Positions 48,179 to 59,379 are shown, numbered from the stretch's first letter. The stretch is DNA of 64,000 nucleotides from an uncultured Alphaproteobacteria bacterium (GCA_905234465.1 CAJOHU010000001.1:31708-95707), one strand, 5' to 3'. Numbers and translations: made by a program. Notes: generated by a model not told the origin, from the letters alone.

Positions 48179-48868
48179 ATGCACTTTAATATACTGACCG
48201 TTTTCCCAGAAATGTTTCCCGGAACCCTTGGTGGCGGGGTGGTTGGTCGCGCACTGGAAAAAGGCATTTGGTCATACAATGTGATAAATATTCGTGATTT
48301 TGCCATAAACGAATACGGCAGTGTTGATGACGCGCAATTTGGTGGTGGTGCCGGAATGGTTATGCGCCCTGATGTTTTGGGGGCGGCATTGGATTCTATT
48401 GAAAATCCGGGGCAAATTATCTATTTTTCACCCCGCGGACCGCGTCTGGAACAGAAAATGGTGCGAGAATTCGCATCCACACCAGATAACAAGGTATTTA
48501 CCCTGCTCTGCGGTCGTTACGAAGGAATTGACCAACGGGTTATTGATGAATATAATATAATGGAATTATCTATTGGCGATTATATTCTGTCCGGTGGTGA
48601 GATTGCCGCGCAAGTTTTTGTTGACAGCGCCGTTCGCTTGATAGATAATGTTGTTGGCGGTGGCGAAGACGCAACTGCAAACGAGAGTTTTGAAATCGGG
48701 GGGTTGGAATGGCCGTTATACACCCGCCCGTCAGTATGGCGTGGACAAAGTGTCCCAGAAGTCCTGCTGTCTGGTCACCACGGCAATATAGAACGGTGGC
48801 GGAAACAACAATCGGACAACCTTACAAAAACAAGACGTCCGGACTTAATAAAGGAAAACCAAAAATGA
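48179..48868 (+). CDS. trmD: tRNA (guanine-N1)-methyltransferase
   Basis: [38 protein letters not shown]. Confidence 0.97.
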   Translation: MHFNILTVFPEMFPGTLGGGVVGRALEKGIWSYNVINIRDFAINEYGSVDDAQFGGGAGMVMRPDVLGAALDSIENPGQIIYFSPRGPRLEQKMVREFASTPDNKVFTLLCGRYEGIDQRVIDEYNIMELSIGDYILSGGEIAAQVFVDSAVRLIDNVVGGGEDATANESFEIGGLEWPLYTRPSVWRGQSVPEVLLSGHHGNIERWRKQQSDNLTKTRRPDLIKENQK

Positions 48869-49254
48869 ATATTGTTAAAAAAATAGAACAAAAAAATGTT
48901 GAAAAATTAAAGGCTGGGAAAAATATTCCGAACTTTAAAGCGGGTGATACACTGCGCGTTCATGTAAAAATCAAAGATGGCGACAAATTCCGTATTCAAT
49001 TATTTGAAGGCGTTGTTATCGCACGCGATGGCGGCATGGGGAATACCGCATCATTTACGGTTCGTCGTGAATCTTATGGTGTGGGCGTAGAACGCAAGTT
49101 CCCGTTGTACAGCCCGGCGATTGAAAAAATAGAAAAGGTTCGTATTGGTCGCGTTCGCCGTGCTAAATTGTTCTTCTTGCGTAAACTGTCTGGGAAAAAG
49201 GCGCGCATTGTTGAAGATTTGTCTGCAACGGCGGGCGAAAAGAACGCAAAATAA
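48865..49254 (+). CDS. rplS: 50S ribosomal protein L19
   Basis: [38 protein letters not shown]. Confidence 0.97.
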   Translation: MNIVKKIEQKNVEKLKAGKNIPNFKAGDTLRVHVKIKDGDKFRIQLFEGVVIARDGGMGNTASFTVRRESYGVGVERKFPLYSPAIEKIEKVRIGRVRRAKLFFLRKLSGKKARIVEDLSATAGEKNAK

Positions 49255-49286
49255 CATCAAAATATTAAACGGGGGGCAGAAAAAAA

Positions 49287-49649
49287 ATGAAAATGTTAAA
49301 CATCGTCAGATTTTTCTGGTTCCCCGTTTTTTGTGCTTTGGTGACACCGGTTGCAAATGCGTATATAAATCGCCCTGTTGCGGTGATTCAGGTTCTGAAC
49401 AAGGCGGCTGGCAAAACACAAACCCTGCGAATTCCGGTGGGTGAAACAGCACAATTTGAAAAACTAAATATCACTGTGCAATCGTGCATGCAATCTGACC
49501 CATTTGATGCAGAAAATTTTTACGCATTTGTGGAAATAGCGCAATCTGGGAACACTAAATTTTTTGGTAATTGGATGGACAGAAATAATCCCGGCAAAAA
49601 CCCAGTACAAAATCCGGACTATGATGCATGGTTGGTAAAATGTGATTAA
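49287..49649 (+). CDS. DUF2155-like secreted protein
   Basis: LNKAAGKT..IPVGE..F..L.I....C...F.NWM.....NP.YDAWLVKC. Confidence 0.8.
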   Translation: MKMLNIVRFFWFPVFCALVTPVANAYINRPVAVIQVLNKAAGKTQTLRIPVGETAQFEKLNITVQSCMQSDPFDAENFYAFVEIAQSGNTKFFGNWMDRNNPGKNPVQNPDYDAWLVKCD

Positions 49650-49661
49650 GGGGGACAGAAA

Positions 49662-49970
49662 ATGGTAAAATTCTTGAAAAAATATCTGAAATTTTTAATC
49701 GGTGTCGGTGTTTTGTTGGTTGTGGTGTTGGTTTTTGTCCAAACCCAGGGCGCAACATCTTTGGAATCAGGGCTGTTAAAAGACTGGCGCGGGGCGGCGG
49801 TAGAACGCAAAACAGATGCAATTAAGATTTTAACGGCTTCGGATGCCGATGCAGATTTATTGGTAAAATGTGTTGATAAAATGGCGACTTTGCCAGATTC
49901 ATCGGATATGCCCGTGCGTGATGCGGTACAATTATGCTTAATGGGCATACGGCTTAAAAGTAATATTTAA
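49662..49970 (+). CDS. Hypothetical membrane-anchored protein
   Basis: GGGG RBS, N-terminal TM, two Cys. Confidence 0.75.
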   Translation: MVKFLKKYLKFLIGVGVLLVVVLVFVQTQGATSLESGLLKDWRGAAVERKTDAIKILTASDADADLLVKCVDKMATLPDSSDMPVRDAVQLCLMGIRLKSNI

Positions 49971-49975
49971 CAAAA

Positions 49976-51091
49976 ATGTCAGAAGATAAAATAATTCATA
50001 TGGATATGGGCGCGTCTGTATCATCCAGCGGGGGTGCAACAGTATGCTTGGGCATAGAATCTTCGTGTGATGAAACCAGTGCAGCAATAGTAGATTCAAA
50101 TAAAAATATTCTTGCTCATATAATTTATTCACAAATACCCGAACATCAAAAATACGGCGGGGTTGTGCCTGAATTGGCGGCGCGTGCGCATATTTTGGCC
50201 ATAGATGAAGTAATTCGTCAGACTTTGGCGCGTGCGAATATGAATATCAACGATATAGATGTTATTGCCGCAACTGCGGGTCCGGGATTGATTGGTGGCG
50301 TGCTAATTGGGTGGATGAGTGCCACGGGAATCGCACAAAGCACCGGCAAACCATTGGTCGCAGTGAATCATTTGGAAGGTCACGCGTTGGTACCGCGTCT
50401 TGCCGCGGCAACTGCAGACAATACTTGTTCTGCGGTGTCGGTTGAATTTCCATACTTGTTGATGTTGGCATCGGGGGGGCATTGCCAGATTCTGTTGGTG
50501 CGCGGTGTCGGTAAATATGATTTAATCGGACAAACACTGGATGACAGCGCGGGCGAAGCGTTTGATAAAGTTTCAAAAATGTTGGGACTGGGGTATCCGG
50601 GCGGTCCGATTGTAGATAAACGTGCCGCATTGGGAAACCCACGCGCATTTGATTTTCCAAGACCATTGACAGACAAACCGGGGTGTGATTTCTCGTTCAG
50701 TGGCATAAAAACCGCCGCACGAACATTTTTATCAAAACACGCCGAACCATATAACGATGAATTTATAAATGATTTCTGTGCATCTTTTCAATCTGCCGTG
50801 GTGGATTGCATAATAAATCGTTTGAGCCATGCAATGCGATCAAATCAGGTTATATCGGCAAATCCAAAAACACTGGTCGTGGCGGGCGGTGTCGCGAAAA
50901 ACAGTGCTATACGCAGTGCAATGGAAAAATTGGCACGTGAACACAACATGGTTTTTGCTGCCCCACCAATGAGTTTGTGTACAGACAACGGTGCAATGAT
51001 TGCGTGGGCGGGTTTAGAAAATTATCAAATCGGCAATATTGTGCGCGAACCCGTTGCGCCCCGCCCTCGTTGGCCACTTACGGAATTATAG
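49976..51091 (+). CDS. tsaD: tRNA threonylcarbamoyltransferase TsaD
   Basis: GIESSCDET, GGVVPELAARAH, NHLEGH, SGGH, DDSAGEAFDK, CTDNGAMIA. Confidence 0.98.
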   Translation: MSEDKIIHMDMGASVSSSGGATVCLGIESSCDETSAAIVDSNKNILAHIIYSQIPEHQKYGGVVPELAARAHILAIDEVIRQTLARANMNINDIDVIAATAGPGLIGGVLIGWMSATGIAQSTGKPLVAVNHLEGHALVPRLAAATADNTCSAVSVEFPYLLMLASGGHCQILLVRGVGKYDLIGQTLDDSAGEAFDKVSKMLGLGYPGGPIVDKRAALGNPRAFDFPRPLTDKPGCDFSFSGIKTAARTFLSKHAEPYNDEFINDFCASFQSAVVDCIINRLSHAMRSNQVISANPKTLVVAGGVAKNSAIRSAMEKLAREHNMVFAAPPMSLCTDNGAMIAWAGLENYQIGNIVREPVAPRPRWPLTEL

Positions 51092-51100
51092 GATAACAAG

Positions 51101-52273
51101 ATGCAGAAACCGGAACCATTTGTTAAGCCTGATATGATTTTTTCTGTATCCGATGCATCGGCACTGTTGAAAAATGTGGTTGAAACGGCGTTTCCTGTTA
51201 TCAAAATTCGTGGCGAATTATCCCAAATTACACGCGCAACATCGGGTCATATGTATATGACAATCAAAGACGCCGGCGCGGCAATGTCCGTTATAATATG
51301 GCGCGGAACACCAATAAATTTTGCATTAAGCGATGGCTTAGAGGTTATTATTACCGGACGACTTACAACATATCCTGCGCGCAGCAATTATCAAATTGTC
51401 GCCACCAGCATAGAAATGGCGGGTGTGGGCGCGATTCTTAAGATGTTAGAAGAACGCAAACAAAAATTGGCGGCCGAGGGTTTATTTGATGCGGCGCGCA
51501 AAAAGCCATTACCTAAATTACCAACGACAATAGGTGTCGTCACAAGCCCAACCGGCGCGGCATTTCAAGATATTCAAAATCGTTTGCGCGAACGGTTTCC
51601 TGTACATGTCATTTTGTACCCTGCAACCGTCCAAGGGCAAACCGCCGCTGCCGAAGTTGCCGCCGGTGTCAGATATTTTAATCGCGCCCGGAATGTTGAT
51701 GTTATTATCGTTGCGCGTGGTGGCGGCGCATTGGAAGATTTGCTGCCTTTTTCCGAAGAAATTGTTGTGCGTGCAGTTGCAGAAAGTGAAATCCCCGTTA
51801 TAACCGGTGTTGGTCATGAGCCTGATTGGATGTTGGTAGATTTTGCCGCAGATTATCGCGCACCCACACCAACCGGCGCCGCCGAAGCGGTTGTACCAAC
51901 AAAAATATCGTTAATTCAAGAATTGGATAATCTGTGGCATCGTTTGACATCAAACCTTATAACAAGAATTGCTAATGCAAAAAATCGTATAGAAAACACA
52001 ACTATCAAAAGCCCGCGGCAAATGGTTATGGAACGCACACAAAGACTGGACGATATTACCCGGACTTTGGGAATAATTATAAACGCCAAGATGATGGAAG
52101 CAAAACGCAACATAGAACACAGTGGTCAAATGTTGAATTCTTTGGGATATAAGAATGTTTTGTCGCGTGGGTACGCGATTGTGCGCGATGAAAATAATGT
52201 AATAATTGCGTCCGCCAACGTCCAAAATAAAATTGCCAGTATAGAATTTGCAGATGGAATTAAACGCATATAA
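51101..52273 (+). CDS. xseA: Exodeoxyribonuclease VII large subunit
   Basis: SGHMY..KD, TSPTGAA..DI, ARGGG..EDL, GVGHEPD, APTPTGAAE. Confidence 0.96.
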   Translation: MQKPEPFVKPDMIFSVSDASALLKNVVETAFPVIKIRGELSQITRATSGHMYMTIKDAGAAMSVIIWRGTPINFALSDGLEVIITGRLTTYPARSNYQIVATSIEMAGVGAILKMLEERKQKLAAEGLFDAARKKPLPKLPTTIGVVTSPTGAAFQDIQNRLRERFPVHVILYPATVQGQTAAAEVAAGVRYFNRARNVDVIIVARGGGALEDLLPFSEEIVVRAVAESEIPVITGVGHEPDWMLVDFAADYRAPTPTGAAEAVVPTKISLIQELDNLWHRLTSNLITRIANAKNRIENTTIKSPRQMVMERTQRLDDITRTLGIIINAKMMEAKRNIEHSGQMLNSLGYKNVLSRGYAIVRDENNVIIASANVQNKIASIEFADGIKRI

Positions 52274-52293
52274 TTTAAATAAAAGGAACAAGA

Positions 52294-52641
52294 ATGTTTA
52301 GAATGGATAAAAATATAAAGGCGGATATGTTGAATTTGTTAACAAGACCCGATATCACAGTTGAAAAATTAGATTGCAGCGAATATTGCAACCGACCCAC
52401 AACATATTACAAGATTTCAAATACTTTTTCTGAACAAATGGCATTTTCTGTGTCGCCAATTTCTTTACGCATGAACAATATCGCCCGTTGCGAGATAATA
52501 TCACCAAACAACAAAAAAATTGCACGTTTGGTACGAATGAATGCGATATTCCGCAGACCTATGGCGGGCGATATTATGGATATTTATAATTGGATAAAAT
52601 TGCGTTATTTATTGCAAGAATCTAAAAATAACCAAAAATAA
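52294..52641 (+). CDS. Hypothetical protein
   Basis: AAGGA RBS, 115 aa. Confidence 0.7.
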   Translation: MFRMDKNIKADMLNLLTRPDITVEKLDCSEYCNRPTTYYKISNTFSEQMAFSVSPISLRMNNIARCEIISPNNKKIARLVRMNAIFRRPMAGDIMDIYNWIKLRYLLQESKNNQK

Positions 52642-52643
52642 TA

Positions 52644-54296
52644 TTATTGTTTTATAAGTGTTCGTGCGGTTGCCAAAGATTCCGGGGTTATTTCTGCCCC
52701 ACTGATTATACGAGCAATTTCATTTAATCTTTCATCACCAGTGATTTCATGAACATTGGTTGTTGTGGTTTCATTATTAGATGTCTTTTCTATCTTAAAA
52801 TGTTTGTCGGCAAAGCCTGCGACCTGGGCAGAATGGGTTATCACCAATGCCTGGGATTTTGCTGCAAGCCGGTTTAGCCTGTCGCCAACCGCGGATGCCG
52901 TCGCGCCACTGATTCCTGTATCTATTTCATCAAAAACGAATGTGTGCGCGTCTGTCGCACCAGACAAAACGACACGCAGTGCCAACATAAAACGCGCCAA
53001 TTCGCCCCCAGATGCAGATTTATGTAATGGTGCAAACGGCATACCCGGGTTTGTTTTTATCATAAATGTTATATCATCACAACCATACGATGTTGCGTCC
53101 ATCGGCATAATTTCAACCATAAAGTCCGCATTGTTCAATTTCAAATCTGGCAATTCTGATAAAATTTTGGTACGCAATTCATTCGCCGCCGTATGCCGCG
53201 CATCGGTAAGCTGATTCGCAAAATCTTCATATTTTTGTTTTGCCACCGCAACAGATGTACGCAATTTTTTTAATTCTGCATCAGAATTTGTAATCGTATT
53301 TAGCGCCGATTCCATTTCCGCCAATTTATTGGGCAAATCATCCGCACTAACATGATGTTTGCGCGCGGCGGCACGTATCGCGAACAAACGTTCTTCAACA
53401 GAATCCACTGTTTCGGTATCTATATCGCCGGGCGTTATTGCGCCAGCAACATTTGCAACCATTTCCGCAGCATTATACAGCGCATCTATTTGTTCACTGT
53501 ACGGATTTGGTTCTGTTTTTATTCGTTCCAAAATATGCGCAACCGTAAATATTTGTGAATCAATACTGTTTCCGCCCGCCATCATCGCATTTGTCGCATC
53601 TGTTAAAATCGCCGTATTTTTTTCGGCATTTATCATATCTGCGCGACGCACCGCCAATTCGTCTTCTTCACCGGGCGTCACATTTAATGCGCGCAATTCA
53701 GCAATATTATGTTCCAAATATTCTTGTTCTGCGGCATTACGCGCGATAAAATCTTCGGTTTCGTGTAATTTTTTGCTTAATGTATTATATTCATCATACG
53801 AAACATGAACATCGGACAATAACTTATTAAAACCTGTGATGTTTTTGCAAGCGAATTCATCCAGTGTTTTGCGATGAGTTGACTGATTCAGCAACGCATG
53901 GTTTGCAAATTGACCATGAACTTCCACCAATTCGTCGCCAATAGATTTCAATGTTTTGATGGAAACAGGGGTATCATTTACCCACGCACGACTTTTGCCA
54001 TCTGTGCCCAATGTGCGGCGTAATATCAAATTATCACAACGGTCAATGCCCGCCCCGTCCAGTATTTCATTTATCGTATCATTCACGCCATCAAATTCTG
54101 CGACAACAGATGCCCCAGATGTGCCGTGCCTGATTAAGCCAATATCTGAACGTGCGCCCAATACCAATGCCAATGCGTCCATTAATATACTTTTGCCCGC
54201 ACCCGTTTCCCCGGTCAAAACATTTAATCCAGAACCGAATTCAAGATTCAGTTTATCTATTAAAACAATATTTGAAATACTAATCTGTGTTAACAT
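52644..54296 (-). CDS. recN: DNA repair protein RecN
   Basis: TGETGAGKS, VHGQ, ASGGELARFML, VFDEIDTGISG, ITHSAQVA. Confidence 0.97.
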   Translation of the reverse strand: MLTQISISNIVLIDKLNLEFGSGLNVLTGETGAGKSILMDALALVLGARSDIGLIRHGTSGASVVAEFDGVNDTINEILDGAGIDRCDNLILRRTLGTDGKSRAWVNDTPVSIKTLKSIGDELVEVHGQFANHALLNQSTHRKTLDEFACKNITGFNKLLSDVHVSYDEYNTLSKKLHETEDFIARNAAEQEYLEHNIAELRALNVTPGEEDELAVRRADMINAEKNTAILTDATNAMMAGGNSIDSQIFTVAHILERIKTEPNPYSEQIDALYNAAEMVANVAGAITPGDIDTETVDSVEERLFAIRAAARKHHVSADDLPNKLAEMESALNTITNSDAELKKLRTSVAVAKQKYEDFANQLTDARHTAANELRTKILSELPDLKLNNADFMVEIMPMDATSYGCDDITFMIKTNPGMPFAPLHKSASGGELARFMLALRVVLSGATDAHTFVFDEIDTGISGATASAVGDRLNRLAAKSQALVITHSAQVAGFADKHFKIEKTSNNETTTTNVHEITGDERLNEIARIISGAEITPESLATARTLIKQ

Positions 54297-54315
54297 AGCC
54301 AAATTATAACCATAT

Positions 54316-54762
54316 TTATATTATGTTTTCCAGTGTAAAATCATTCATCCACAGTATTTTACATTCTACCCTATAATGCCGGTATATTTGTTTTAACAAT
54401 GCACAATATTCTGTTAATTGTTCAGTATATTTTTTATAAAACAGTTTTTTATCTATATCTGTTTTATAATCTAAAACCACTATACTTTTTGTGTCGTGGT
54501 TTATATACAACCTATCAATACGACGACTTATGAATTTTCCGTTTATATAACCCGCGATTGGAACCTCGGTACGCGAAAGAGGCCCAAATAATTCACACAT
54601 ATCTGAAACATCAGATAATTTCTTGATAATATCTTTATCACCCACCCAACCGTTCTGTGCATAAAAAACATGTGACATTTTTGCGTGCACAGCCCGTCCT
54701 GTGGCGGTTGCGTGTTCTTGATGTGTTTTTGTACTTAATATTTGTTCCAATTTATTTGTCAT
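54316..54762 (-). CDS. PD-(D/E)xK nuclease corresponding to the AddA/RecB C-terminal domain
   Basis: GRAVH, FGPLSRTEVPIAG, RIDRL, VLDYKTD, QLTEY. Confidence 0.88.
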   Translation of the reverse strand: MTNKLEQILSTKTHQEHATATGRAVHAKMSHVFYAQNGWVGDKDIIKKLSDVSDMCELFGPLSRTEVPIAGYINGKFISRRIDRLYINHDTKSIVVLDYKTDIDKKLFYKKYTEQLTEYCALLKQIYRHYRVECKILWMNDFTLENII

Positions 54763-57367
54763 AGTTTGAAATCCTTATCATATCATCATCAACACTCAAA
54801 TTGCGGGACAGCGTATTCCACAACATATTATGCCAAGACATTTCAGGCGCATTTTTGTTTGGTGAAAATCCATAAATATACAATTCATCACGGGCGCGTG
54901 TCATGGCAACATACAGCAATCTATAACTTTCTTCTATATCTTTGGACAACTGTTTGGCACGCAATTCTTCAAATTCCGGAGAAAAACCATCAGGGGCATG
55001 CGGAGTCCAAACCCATACAGGCATATCCGTATCTGGCAAATCGTAAACTTCGTGAGATTTTGGCATAGATGTTGTATCTATTAAAAACACTGCGCGCGAT
55101 TGCAACCCCTTGCTGCCATGTATGGTGACAATACGCACCCCAGAACCCGAATCCATGTCGCGTTTAATTTCGCTGTTGCCGGTAATGAACCATTTGATAA
55201 ATTGGCGCAATGCACCCGGACACGTGCGTTCATACGCAAGACATATAGTAATAAACTCTTCCAACGGGTCTATGATTTGTTCGCCAAGTGCCGCAATAAA
55301 TTTCTGGCGCACATCATTAGTATTCAGGACATATGTAAAGAAACTGTACGGCCCCAGATGGCGAGATTTTTCCATCAAGTCAACCAAAACAGAATATATA
55401 TCTGGATGCAGTTTATTAACAAAATCTAAAACCGTTGCTTTTGGGGCATCGGACGATTCTTTGACGCGGCGGATGTTTTCTTCGTTACGCGCAGCACAGA
55501 TTTTATATACCACCGCATCATTTAATCTGAACACAGGACTTTTTAACACGCACGCCAAAGAATAATCATCAGACGGATTTATACAGAACCGCAACAGATT
55601 CATAAGATCGCGCACAACCGGGAAATTAGGTAATATTATGCGGTCACTGCCGGCAACATCAATTCCGCGACGTTTTAATTCATTTGCCATTGGTACCGCC
55701 AAAGGATGTCTGTTTTGAACCAGAATCATGATATCATGTGGTTTGTATTTTTTACCAGACAACAAAGATTCTATTTTATCTGCAATGTCACGAATATATT
55801 CTTTGCGCGCGATATCAGTATCTTGGTCTTTTGGGGTATGTAACGCATGAATTTCCACCGCACCGGTTTCACCGACACGAAAACATTTATGCGGATTGTT
55901 TATAAAACCTGTGCGCGCCATAACATTTGTATCACCAAAAAACATATCCACCGTTTTTAATATCGGTTCAACAGAACGGAAACTTTGTGTCAATGGAACC
56001 TCACGAATTTGTCGTGCGTTATTCTTGATTTGTTGGGCGATATGTTCGCGACTTTCTGCGAACGCGTTTGGATCCGCACCTTGAAAACCATAGATAGACT
56101 GTTTGGTGTCACCCACGACAAACAATGACCGTGGTGTGCCAGTTTTGTCACCATCCACAAAGAAATCACCCGCCAACATTTGCAATAATTCCCACTGCAA
56201 CGGGCCGGTATCTTGGGCTTCATCAACCAATATGTGCGACAATGATAAATCCATTTGCGACAAAACCCAACCCATGGTTTCAGGATTTGAAAATAAACGA
56301 TGTGTATATAAAATCAAATCTTCAAAATCCAAAACATTGTGAATCTTTTTTAATTCCATATATTTTTTTGCAAATGCCGCAGATAAATCAAACAATGCTA
56401 TGCTGGCATCGTAAATATCCCGATTTATACGAAATACATTTTCGTTAAAAACACGCTCTTTTTCATCAGCCAAATAATCATAATTTAATCCGCGTTGAAT
56501 TATTGTTCCGGCACTTATTAAATACGCAGACTTGTATTCTTGAAAATCTATTGTGTTTTTAATGTACTGTTCTGTTAAACAAATAAGTTTCTGTAATGTT
56601 TTGCCGGGCTTTTTTTCGTTGCGCGCGCATTCCAGGATAAATTCCAGTTTTTTTATGTCTTTTTTTGCATGATTTTGATTTTTGATATTTAATTTTTTTT
56701 CAATCGTATCAATAAAATAATTTCTATACTTATCAAAACTCTTTACCATAAAAAAGTGTTTATATTGTTGTCCGATATTTTGCAATAAATCGTCTAATTT
56801 ATACTCTGATATCCGTCCCACGATGTAATCAAAGGCGTTGACTGTTCGGGCGTCATTTGATGAAGATGTAATAAGATGGTTTAATGCGTCATTTAATAAT
56901 ACCCGCTGTGGTGCGTCAGATATCAAAGACCAAGATGGTGATATACCTGCCTCGGTTGGAAAACGGTGTAAGATTTCTTCACAAAAACTGTGTATTGTTT
57001 TTATTTTTAATATTTCAGGATTATCAATATATCTGAAAAATATATCACGGGCATGCCCAATATCCGCAACGGTTGGATTTTGATTTTTAGAAATCCCAAT
57101 CAACAATTCTGCCAATTCTTCATCCGAAGACATTGCCCATTCCCGCAGCGCCGCCAATATACGATTGCGCATTTCGCCCGCCGCCGCATTTGTATAGGTC
57201 AGACACAATATTCCCCCCATATCAACATCACCGCGAAACAATATTCTTAACAAACGCGCGATTAAAACACTGGTCTTGCCGGTGCCGGCGTTCGCCTGGA
57301 CCCATGCGTTAATTGTTGGTTCTGCGGCAATTTCTTGTTCGGCGGAAAGAATATCTTTTTTTATCAT
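54752..57367 (-). CDS. addA: AddA-type UvrD helicase lacking the nuclease domain
   Basis: ANAGTGKT, LTYTNAAAGEM, TIHSFC, VDEAQDT, VGDTKQSIYGFQGA, TIHGSKGL, LLYVAMTRA. Confidence 0.92.
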   Translation of the reverse strand: MIKKDILSAEQEIAAEPTINAWVQANAGTGKTSVLIARLLRILFRGDVDMGGILCLTYTNAAAGEMRNRILAALREWAMSSDEELAELLIGISKNQNPTVADIGHARDIFFRYIDNPEILKIKTIHSFCEEILHRFPTEAGISPSWSLISDAPQRVLLNDALNHLITSSSNDARTVNAFDYIVGRISEYKLDDLLQNIGQQYKHFFMVKSFDKYRNYFIDTIEKKLNIKNQNHAKKDIKKLEFILECARNEKKPGKTLQKLICLTEQYIKNTIDFQEYKSAYLISAGTIIQRGLNYDYLADEKERVFNENVFRINRDIYDASIALFDLSAAFAKKYMELKKIHNVLDFEDLILYTHRLFSNPETMGWVLSQMDLSLSHILVDEAQDTGPLQWELLQMLAGDFFVDGDKTGTPRSLFVVGDTKQSIYGFQGADPNAFAESREHIAQQIKNNARQIREVPLTQSFRSVEPILKTVDMFFGDTNVMARTGFINNPHKCFRVGETGAVEIHALHTPKDQDTDIARKEYIRDIADKIESLLSGKKYKPHDIMILVQNRHPLAVPMANELKRRGIDVAGSDRIILPNFPVVRDLMNLLRFCINPSDDYSLACVLKSPVFRLNDAVVYKICAARNEENIRRVKESSDAPKATVLDFVNKLHPDIYSVLVDLMEKSRHLGPYSFFTYVLNTNDVRQKFIAALGEQIIDPLEEFITICLAYERTCPGALRQFIKWFITGNSEIKRDMDSGSGVRIVTIHGSKGLQSRAVFLIDTTSMPKSHEVYDLPDTDMPVWVWTPHAPDGFSPEFEELRAKQLSKDIEESYRLLYVAMTRARDELYIYGFSPNKNAPEMSWHNMLWNTLSRNLSVDDDMIRISNYDK

Positions 57368-57456
57368 TTATGTCCTTGCTTTGTTAATGAAAGTTTAGTA
57401 TAAAGTCTTGGAAACTGCAAGGACATATCTGGTCAATTTGTTGGGGGGCAAGGAAA

Positions 57457-59379
57457 ATGAATCTTAGTAATATTTTTGTTATTATTGGTCTTTCTGTTAT
57501 GGGGTTGTTGGTTGTCGCGCTGATTGCACTGTTTTTCATATCCCGAAAATCACAGAAAGTTATGGAATCTGTGGTTTCTATTATGACCGCCCCAGACCGC
57601 GCAAAAATTACAGATGCTTCACGGGTATTGCAAATGATAATGGCAGATGAAATTAAGCGCATTATCGCATGTTTTCAAAATATGCAATCTGCATTAAACG
57701 CACAAATTGAATCAGCGCAAAAATTGCACCAAGAATTGTCCGCGCGCAATGAAGAATTGGTTAATGTCGCAGATAGTGCCATTCAACGCGTTGTTCAAAT
57801 GACGGGACGCATGGATAATACTGTATCTGGGCTGGGGCAAATTGTGACATCTGAATCGTGGAACAATGTGGTTGCGGCAACAGATAGATTCGCGCAAACG
57901 GTCACGAATACATTAAACCAAATACACGATACTACAAATGAATCTGCTGAAAAAATATCGGTAATTGATACTAAAATTGCCCAATGGACAGATACCAGCA
58001 AAAAACTTAGCACGGAATTACAAAACGCTATTGAGAACAATACAGAACAATTCCAAAAAATGACAGAAAATGCGAATACTGTCCAAGGTCAATTATCTGA
58101 ATTGGCACAGAAAAGCGTTGAAGGATTCAATGAAATCAAAGAATCCGCCACAGATTATGAGAATGTGTTGACTGAAAACAACAAAATATTAAATACATAC
58201 CTTACAAAACTGGATACTTTCGGAAAACAAAGCAAAAAACAATTAACCGCCCAAGTAAACACACTGACTAATACCGCAAATGTTGTAGGAGCCCAGGTGT
58301 TATTGACCGAATCGTCGGTTGAAAAGCAAATCAAGAAATTAACTGATGCAGTAGAAGCATTGATGACCAGTGCAACCGAAACAGAAAGTTCTGTACGCGG
58401 CATATCCACAGAACTGTCCGGGCTAACCAATCATTTTGAAAGCGAAATTAAAGATTTTGCCGGCGATGTCGTTGATGAATTAAAAACTGTATCTGGGGTT
58501 GCAAACAATACATTAAAAGACACAAAAACCGCCGCAAATGCGTTTTCAGAATCGGTAAAGTCTATGGCAACAGGCGTGCGCGAAACATTGATAGAAATGA
58601 ATGCGGCACACACACAACTGACCGGACAATCCGAAGGTCTAATCAAAATGTCTGTTGATACGACTGCACAGTTGAAACCACTTTCTGATTTGATTAAAAA
58701 GTACTATGATGCCCTGCCCGAATTGGCGCGACAATCTGGGGATGCGGGAATTGGACTTGGCAAGATTGTATCAGAACTGGACGAAAAAATCGCCAACGTC
58801 CGCGATACAGTTGAAAAATCAACCGTCGCGATATCTGATTCCGCAATAAAGTTGGAAAACCTTGCGGGGGCATCACGGCAACAAATGATTGATTTGATGT
58901 CAGATTATGCCAAGGCAGTTGATACCATGCAAACATTGAACAAGCAAATGATGGTCGCACGCGCGGCGGCACCAATGGATGCGATGAAATCAACAGTTTC
59001 TGATGTACCAATGCCACGCGTTAGTGGACGCGATTTCTTGTCTGAAAGTGCGCGCGATTTTGATAAGTTGTATGAACAAACCATAGATTTAACACGCGCA
59101 ATGGGGGGCGAAATTCCCGATGTTGTTTGGAAAAAATATCATGATGGCGATAAAACTATATTCGCCAAATGGATGGCAAAAATCATTCGTGCGGCAAACA
59201 AAAAGCAAATTCGGGATTTGTTAAAATCTGATTCTGTATTCAAATCCCAGGCAAACCAATTCGTACGCAGTTTTGAAAAGATTCTTGTTGGTGCCAAACA
59301 AACGGATACAGCAGACAAGATTGTCGCAAATTTAATTAAAACAGATTTAGGAATAATATATTCCGCATTGGCACAGTAA
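57457..59379 (+). CDS. Membrane-anchored coiled-coil protein with TipN/RgsE(GPR)-like C-terminal domain
   Basis: N-terminal TM, about 450 aa of heptads, C-terminal IDLTR......WKKYHDGDKTIF...F...FE...TDLG..Y. Confidence 0.7.
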   Translation: MNLSNIFVIIGLSVMGLLVVALIALFFISRKSQKVMESVVSIMTAPDRAKITDASRVLQMIMADEIKRIIACFQNMQSALNAQIESAQKLHQELSARNEELVNVADSAIQRVVQMTGRMDNTVSGLGQIVTSESWNNVVAATDRFAQTVTNTLNQIHDTTNESAEKISVIDTKIAQWTDTSKKLSTELQNAIENNTEQFQKMTENANTVQGQLSELAQKSVEGFNEIKESATDYENVLTENNKILNTYLTKLDTFGKQSKKQLTAQVNTLTNTANVVGAQVLLTESSVEKQIKKLTDAVEALMTSATETESSVRGISTELSGLTNHFESEIKDFAGDVVDELKTVSGVANNTLKDTKTAANAFSESVKSMATGVRETLIEMNAAHTQLTGQSEGLIKMSVDTTAQLKPLSDLIKKYYDALPELARQSGDAGIGLGKIVSELDEKIANVRDTVEKSTVAISDSAIKLENLAGASRQQMIDLMSDYAKAVDTMQTLNKQMMVARAAAPMDAMKSTVSDVPMPRVSGRDFLSESARDFDKLYEQTIDLTRAMGGEIPDVVWKKYHDGDKTIFAKWMAKIIRAANKKQIRDLLKSDSVFKSQANQFVRSFEKILVGAKQTDTADKIVANLIKTDLGIIYSALAQ

